The notes under the pieces: model-generated | Told to the model about the DNA's origin: nothing | The model's database searches: none | The model's input: only the letters and a program-made list of their open reading frames with translations | Position numbers and translations under genes: made by a program | In this document: positions 28,733 through 32,000 of the stretch, in pieces | Layout: every line of letters starts with the position of its first letter | Position numbering within the stretch: position 1 is the stretch's first letter | Origin: Burkholderiaceae bacterium | Lineage (GTDB): Bacteria > Pseudomonadota > Gammaproteobacteria > Burkholderiales > Burkholderiaceae_C | Reading direction: 5' to 3' (one strand) | Assembly (NCBI GenBank): GCA_965234775.1 | Contig: OZ248566.1 | Length of the DNA: 32,000 nt

Positions 28733-28906
28733 TTTTCATAGATTTCCGCATCGCTTTCGCACTCTTTTGGTGCCCAAATCACCACTGCATCAAATCAGCC
28801 CTACAAGCGCTGATCGGCGCTGCCAGCATCCCAAGTATTCGGTCAGGTAGATCGATGCGCTGTAGGGCGTTTTAGCGCTGGGGTTTTGTGACTAGACAGT
28901 TGTTGA
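28733..28906 (+). repeat. copy B of the ~175-bp imperfect direct repeat (partner at 11254-11428)
   Basis: See copy A. The internal IR is GCCCTACA (28798-28805) / TGTAGGGC (28861-28868), and the spacer is again exactly 55 nt. It is flanked by the 10-mer AGATTTCCGC at 28740-28749 and 28931-28940. Confidence 0.8.
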
Positions 28907-29114
28907 TTGCAGCTTTAGGGCAAATCTGTGAGATTTCCGCCACGGGCATGTACACAGCCCGAATGGGTCCTGCAGCTTTCGATTTCACAGCTACGGAAAT
29001 TCGGGGTCAAGTACTTGAATTTCTGCCCAGATGATTTTCATTCGGTACCCCGCCAAGTTATCGGGACACCACGTATCGGTTGCCCATTTGAGCATGTGAA
29101 ACAAAACTGTGGTC

Positions 29115-29519
29115 ATGCAAACAACGCAGGACACAGCGATGAAAACACAAGATGAACTAGAGCAACTGGGACTTGACACTCTGACCCTGGCTCAATTCAC
29201 CGGTACCAGCGCCTATTACAGGATCAGCCGCAGGCACCTGCTGACAGATGGCACCCGATACTTGGCAGAAAAGGGCGCTTGCTTTTGGATGATGGATGCT
29301 GTGGCCAGCCACCTGTGTGAGATTGGCACGGAGGACTGGTTTGTGCTGATCCGTGTGCAAGTGTCGGAGGGCAGGGCGGAGATGATCTACGAAGATGGCA
29401 ATGGCCGCGAGCACGCCAGACAGGCGATACCCTACACAGACTTTGCCCAGAGTGAAATCACGCTGTACGCCTGCTGGGACCGGGAGCACTGGGTGATCAT
29501 GCTGCCCAGCGAGTATTGA
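29115..29519 (+). CDS. conserved MGE protein, DUF6876-like (assignment from memory)
   Basis: 134 aa from the ATG at 29115; the ATG at 29139 is also possible. F.GTSAYYRIS..HLLTDGTRYLAE..A.W..D...S and a C-terminal IPYTDF...LPSEY resemble a family common on plasmids and ICEs. Confidence 0.6.
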   Translation: MQTTQDTAMKTQDELEQLGLDTLTLAQFTGTSAYYRISRRHLLTDGTRYLAEKGACFWMMDAVASHLCEIGTEDWFVLIRVQVSEGRAEMIYEDGNGREHARQAIPYTDFAQSEITLYACWDREHWVIMLPSEY

Positions 29520-29705
29520 TCTGTGTTGGCCCCGACTGAATGCTGTGAAATCCCCACTGCGCCCATAGCAACCAACGCGCGTCCTGAGCGTTCATGGCTC
29601 GAACTTCAGTTTTGATCACTTGGCTGCGGCCGTGGACCTGTGCGCGAACAGATGCTTGATAGGTGTGCATCAAGTACTTATCACTTGCGTGAAGGTAGTG
29701 CGCAT

Positions 29706-29730
29706 AAAAAAGCCAGCGTGAAGCTGGCTG
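29706..29730 (-). terminator. Rho-independent terminator of the zeta-like operon
   Basis: The minus strand reads AGCCAGC-uucac-GCUGGCU followed by UUUUU, 21 nt after the stop at 29751. Confidence 0.7.
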
Positions 29731-29750
29731 TTTGATGATCGCAATGCCGT

Positions 29751-29957
29751 TCAGAGGTGTGACTGGTGCTCTTCTTGCTCACGCAGCTTGATCAAATCAG
29801 CTGCTGCCAACTCAACGTTTTTTCCATCAATCGCCACAACGATACCCGTATTGGTTTTGATGGCTAGATCTTGCGCTGCACGGGCTGCACGCTCCATGGC
29901 CGCATATGAGCCTGCCAAATCTGGATCACTAGAGGTGCGAATGTCTTTGGTGTTCAT
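29751..29957 (-). CDS. small protein translationally coupled to the zeta-like kinase (candidate antitoxin or partner)
   Basis: 68 aa. GGAG lies 9 nt upstream of the ATG. The ATG overlaps the upstream gene's stop (ATGA). A terminator follows. Confidence 0.6.
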   Translation of the reverse strand: MNTKDIRTSSDPDLAGSYAAMERAARAAQDLAIKTNTGIVVAIDGKNVELAAADLIKLREQEEHQSHL

Positions 29958-30466
29958 TTTTTACTCCAGTCAATGAGCTTAGGGTGCATGCCAGAACTGT
30001 CATAAAACGCCCATGAATCAACTACCTTGCTGTAACGCTCATGGAAGTTGGCTAACCCAGCTTTGAAGCGTCGGCGAATAACGTCTTCAGGAATGTTGTG
30101 GCCACCTTGCAGAACGCGGCGCGCAACCCTGGATACGGCGATGTCTTCATTGGGCAATGACAAGAACCAAAGCTTAACTTGATAGCCTAGGTGCTGCCAT
30201 ACAGCTATCTTTTTCAAATAGGTCAAGCCGGACAGCGTGGTTTCAAACGCAAAACTGTGTCCAGCATCCACGCATTCGTCGATTTCTTCCAGCATCAGGC
30301 GGCCAGCCTTGAAAGAGGCTGTCTCTGGATTGAATGGAGCCAAGCCAGCAGCGATCAAATCGGCGTTGATGAATCTCAGCGTTTGGGCCTCAGCAGGCAA
30401 GAAATCACGGGCAAATGTGGTTTTGCCCGCGCCGTTGGGTCCAGCAATGATGATGATTTTTTTCAA
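29954..30466 (-). CDS. zeta-toxin-like P-loop kinase / AAA-type ATPase (COG4185-like)
   Basis: 170 aa. The N-terminal Walker A is IIIAGPNGAGKTT. Length and layout resemble zeta/PezT-like small P-loop kinases. The only available start is TTG at 30466, since an in-frame stop lies at 30482-30484. Confidence 0.75.
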   Translation of the reverse strand: MKKIIIIAGPNGAGKTTFARDFLPAEAQTLRFINADLIAAGLAPFNPETASFKAGRLMLEEIDECVDAGHSFAFETTLSGLTYLKKIAVWQHLGYQVKLWFLSLPNEDIAVSRVARRVLQGGHNIPEDVIRRRFKAGLANFHERYSKVVDSWAFYDSSGMHPKLIDWSKK

Positions 30467-30802
30467 ATAACGCTCGTGTTCTTATGATTTTATGCTTTGC
30501 AGGGCCAATTGCCAACCGGCAGATCTAGGGTGCATTTCCGCGAAATTCCTGTCCAGCTAGTGACAAAAAAGGAATTGTCAATTTACTCGAGCCCGAAGAT
30601 TTTCTCGAGCAAGGAGCTGTCCTGCCTTCGGCATGTGGTGGCAATGCCACTCCAAGATCCCATTTGGCCAATGAATTTCAACAATTCAAGCTTATAAATT
30701 ACTATATGTCTGTGACTTTTTTTGTGATCCTGAAATCTGTAAAAAGGTGCTAAATACACTGGAAATCCTAGATTTCATTTGCAAGGAACGTGTATCCAGT
30801 GT

Positions 30803-31294
30803 GTGTCAGGTTTAAAAGCATTGAAATTGGTCCAGGCCAAGCGAGAAAAGGGTGCCAGCCAACAGCATGCAAGGCGTCAAAAGCTAAGCACCAAGTTGGC
30901 TGAGCAGATCCAGTTGGCCAAAGCACAGCAGTCAGGCACAGAGTTTTCGCCTGTAAGGATCCGTACGGTCCGAGACGAAGTGACAGGTGAGAGCCGTAGG
31001 GTTGAAGTGCCCAAGAGACTAAAGCCCTGGTGGTGGACAGATGACAAGGGCAAGCTGTGCATCACTGTTCGCTATGGGGCACGCACACTGGAGATAGTGG
31101 AAGGCAAAAACGCCATCGAGACTGACAGCATTGCCGATGTGATTGCTTCCTTGCAAGTGATCCCCTCTGCAGTTGACGCTGGTGAGTTGGACCGGCGCAT
31201 TGACGCGGTGATGGCACAGGTCAAAGCTGGCATGGCCAAGCAGTCGGCGCCAAGTGCTCGTTCAACTTTGAAGCTGCCCAGTAAGACAACCTAA
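30803..31294 (+). CDS. conserved MGE hypothetical protein (DUF6641-like, assignment from memory)
   Basis: KALKLVQAKR...RRQKLSTKLAEQIQLAKAQ...KRLKPWWW...GKLCITVRYGARTLEI..GKNAIE...GELD. The N-terminal part has no in-frame ATG. GTG at 30803 (giving MSGLKALKLV) is chosen by analogy; the track uses TTG at 30779. Confidence 0.55.
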   Translation: MSGLKALKLVQAKREKGASQQHARRQKLSTKLAEQIQLAKAQQSGTEFSPVRIRTVRDEVTGESRRVEVPKRLKPWWWTDDKGKLCITVRYGARTLEIVEGKNAIETDSIADVIASLQVIPSAVDAGELDRRIDAVMAQVKAGMAKQSAPSARSTLKLPSKTT

Positions 31295-31535
31295 TACAAG
31301 ATGCTTGATCAAGCTTGATTCAGTTTTGGATTTCACCCGGGATATGGTTCAGGGGTATGGATTTTGATCTAGATCAACCTAGATTTTGAGCCATGTCTTG
31401 TTATTACACATCCCGGGTACATATGCATAGCAACCACCCCAGATAGGGCTTAATGCCGCAAGTATTTTTCTCATACTGCAGTAAGAAAAGTTCGGAAGAA
31501 GACGTCTAAATGAAGTGATCTCGAAGGAGGTTGAT

Positions 31536-32000
31536 ATGAATGAAACACGCCAAACGCCTCATCGCAATGTGTCGCTGCTGACGAACGCTGAATTGGACCA
31601 ACTTTGGGCGATCTCTAGTGATTCAGCAGACGAGAAAACTGCCTTCAAAAAGCAAAGCACCCATCACCTCTACATGGAGTTCTTGCAACTCTCCAGCGCC
31701 AACACATCAAGCCGAAATGTGCCAAAGTTGACAACTAATGAGCAGCACCTTCTAGAGCAGATTGCTGTTCAAAGTGAGAGCGGCAACCCAATAAGTGTGA
31801 GTGAGGCTTGCTTAATGCGCCAGTTCGGTTGTGCATCTACAGTTCACCATCAGATCCAAAAATTAAGGGCTGCAGGCTTGATTTTTCTAGGCGTTGATCA
31901 AAAGGATCGGCGTAAAAAATTCATTAACCTCAGTTCAAACGGGCTCAGATACTTTGAGCAGATTGAGGATTGCTTGGATGCGGCTTTGATGAATCAGTAG
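31536..32000 (+). CDS. MarR-like winged-helix transcriptional regulator
   Basis: 154 aa from the ATG at 31536, with AGGAGG 5 nt upstream. The C-terminal half (ISVSEACLMRQFGCASTVHHQIQKLRAAGLIFLGVDQKDRRKKFINLSSNG) has the MarR HTH-plus-wing pattern. The stop is the last codon of the window. Confidence 0.7.
   Translation: MNETRQTPHRNVSLLTNAELDQLWAISSDSADEKTAFKKQSTHHLYMEFLQLSSANTSSRNVPKLTTNEQHLLEQIAVQSESGNPISVSEACLMRQFGCASTVHHQIQKLRAAGLIFLGVDQKDRRKKFINLSSNGLRYFEQIEDCLDAALMNQ

Larger units (their letters stand above)
11137..32000. mobile_element. tRNA-Val-associated mosaic genomic island (integrative element; distal end not in window)
   Basis: It begins directly after the tRNA 3' end, and an integrase reads toward the tRNA. 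All downstream genes are accessory or MGE-type. Base composition changes visibly between modules. It also holds a second recombinase, a truncated gene remnant and a TA-like pair. Confidence 0.8.

Noticed and set aside
28776-28794. TCACCACTGCATCAAATC resembling the tRNA-Val 3' end (TCACCACGCACCAAAA) as a possible distal att site
   Set aside because: The match is only about 14 of 16 with an indel. Within the repeat its position relative to the CATAGATTT block is opposite to that near the tRNA. It is too weak to call an att remnant.
28928-29155. 75-aa plus-strand ORF upstream of the DUF6876-like gene
   Set aside because: It starts at a GTG inside the AAATCT/AGATTT palindrome, has no RBS and no motifs, and overlaps the start of the better-supported downstream gene.
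29497-29670. 57-codon minus-strand ORF (MHTYQASVRAQVHGRSQVIKTEV...) faintly reminiscent of an integrase arm-binding domain
   Set aside because: It is short, lacks an RBS and overlaps the 3' end of the 29115-29519 gene. The similarity is impressionistic only.
1-32000. CRISPR arrays, rRNA genes, IS transposases, integron or conjugation genes
   Set aside because: Scanning by eye found no regularly spaced short repeats, no rRNA-like sequence, no DDE/transposase-like ORFs and no relaxase or T4SS-like ORFs.

Overview
The window splits into two parts. Bases 1-11136 are a conserved housekeeping block. Its gene content and protein sequences look betaproteobacterial (Burkholderiales-like); that is an inference, not a search result. 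This block holds phaZ, an AspC/TyrB-type aminotransferase, uvrB, the full iscR-iscS-iscU-iscA-hscB-hscA-fdx Fe-S cluster operon with two IscR boxes, dnaQ and tRNA-Val(CAC). From the tRNA 3' end to the window end (over 20.8 kb) lies a mosaic genomic island, and its distal end was not seen. Reading left to right, the island carries: a zinc-ribbon gene plus a 448-aa tyrosine integrase; three unrecognised genes, one clearly AT-rich; a co-oriented 7TMR-DISM histidine kinase, OmpR-type regulator, TpsB and 2315-aa TpsA two-partner-secretion adhesin module; a 5'-truncated remnant of a DUF45 metallopeptidase of the kind linked to type I R-M loci; an AT-rich scar; a 190-aa catalytic-domain-only tyrosine recombinase; and MGE-style cargo (DUF6876-like gene, zeta-toxin-like P-loop kinase overlapping a small partner gene, MarR-like regulator). 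The most interesting sequence-level signals are these. (1) An identical bipartite box, GCCTACA-N4-CCTACA, sits upstream of both the kinase/regulator operon and tpsB, suggesting a self-contained regulon. (2) Two ~175-bp imperfect direct repeats lie 17.5 kb apart and bracket most of the island; each has the same 8-bp inverted repeat with an identical 55-nt spacer. (3) A recurring CATAGATTT/AGATTTC(CGC) operator-like motif is confined to island intergenic regions. (4) An unannotatable three-gene block lies next to the integrase. No CRISPR arrays, rRNA genes, transposases or CDI toxin/immunity pairs were seen. All family names come from memory of sequence motifs; no database search was possible.
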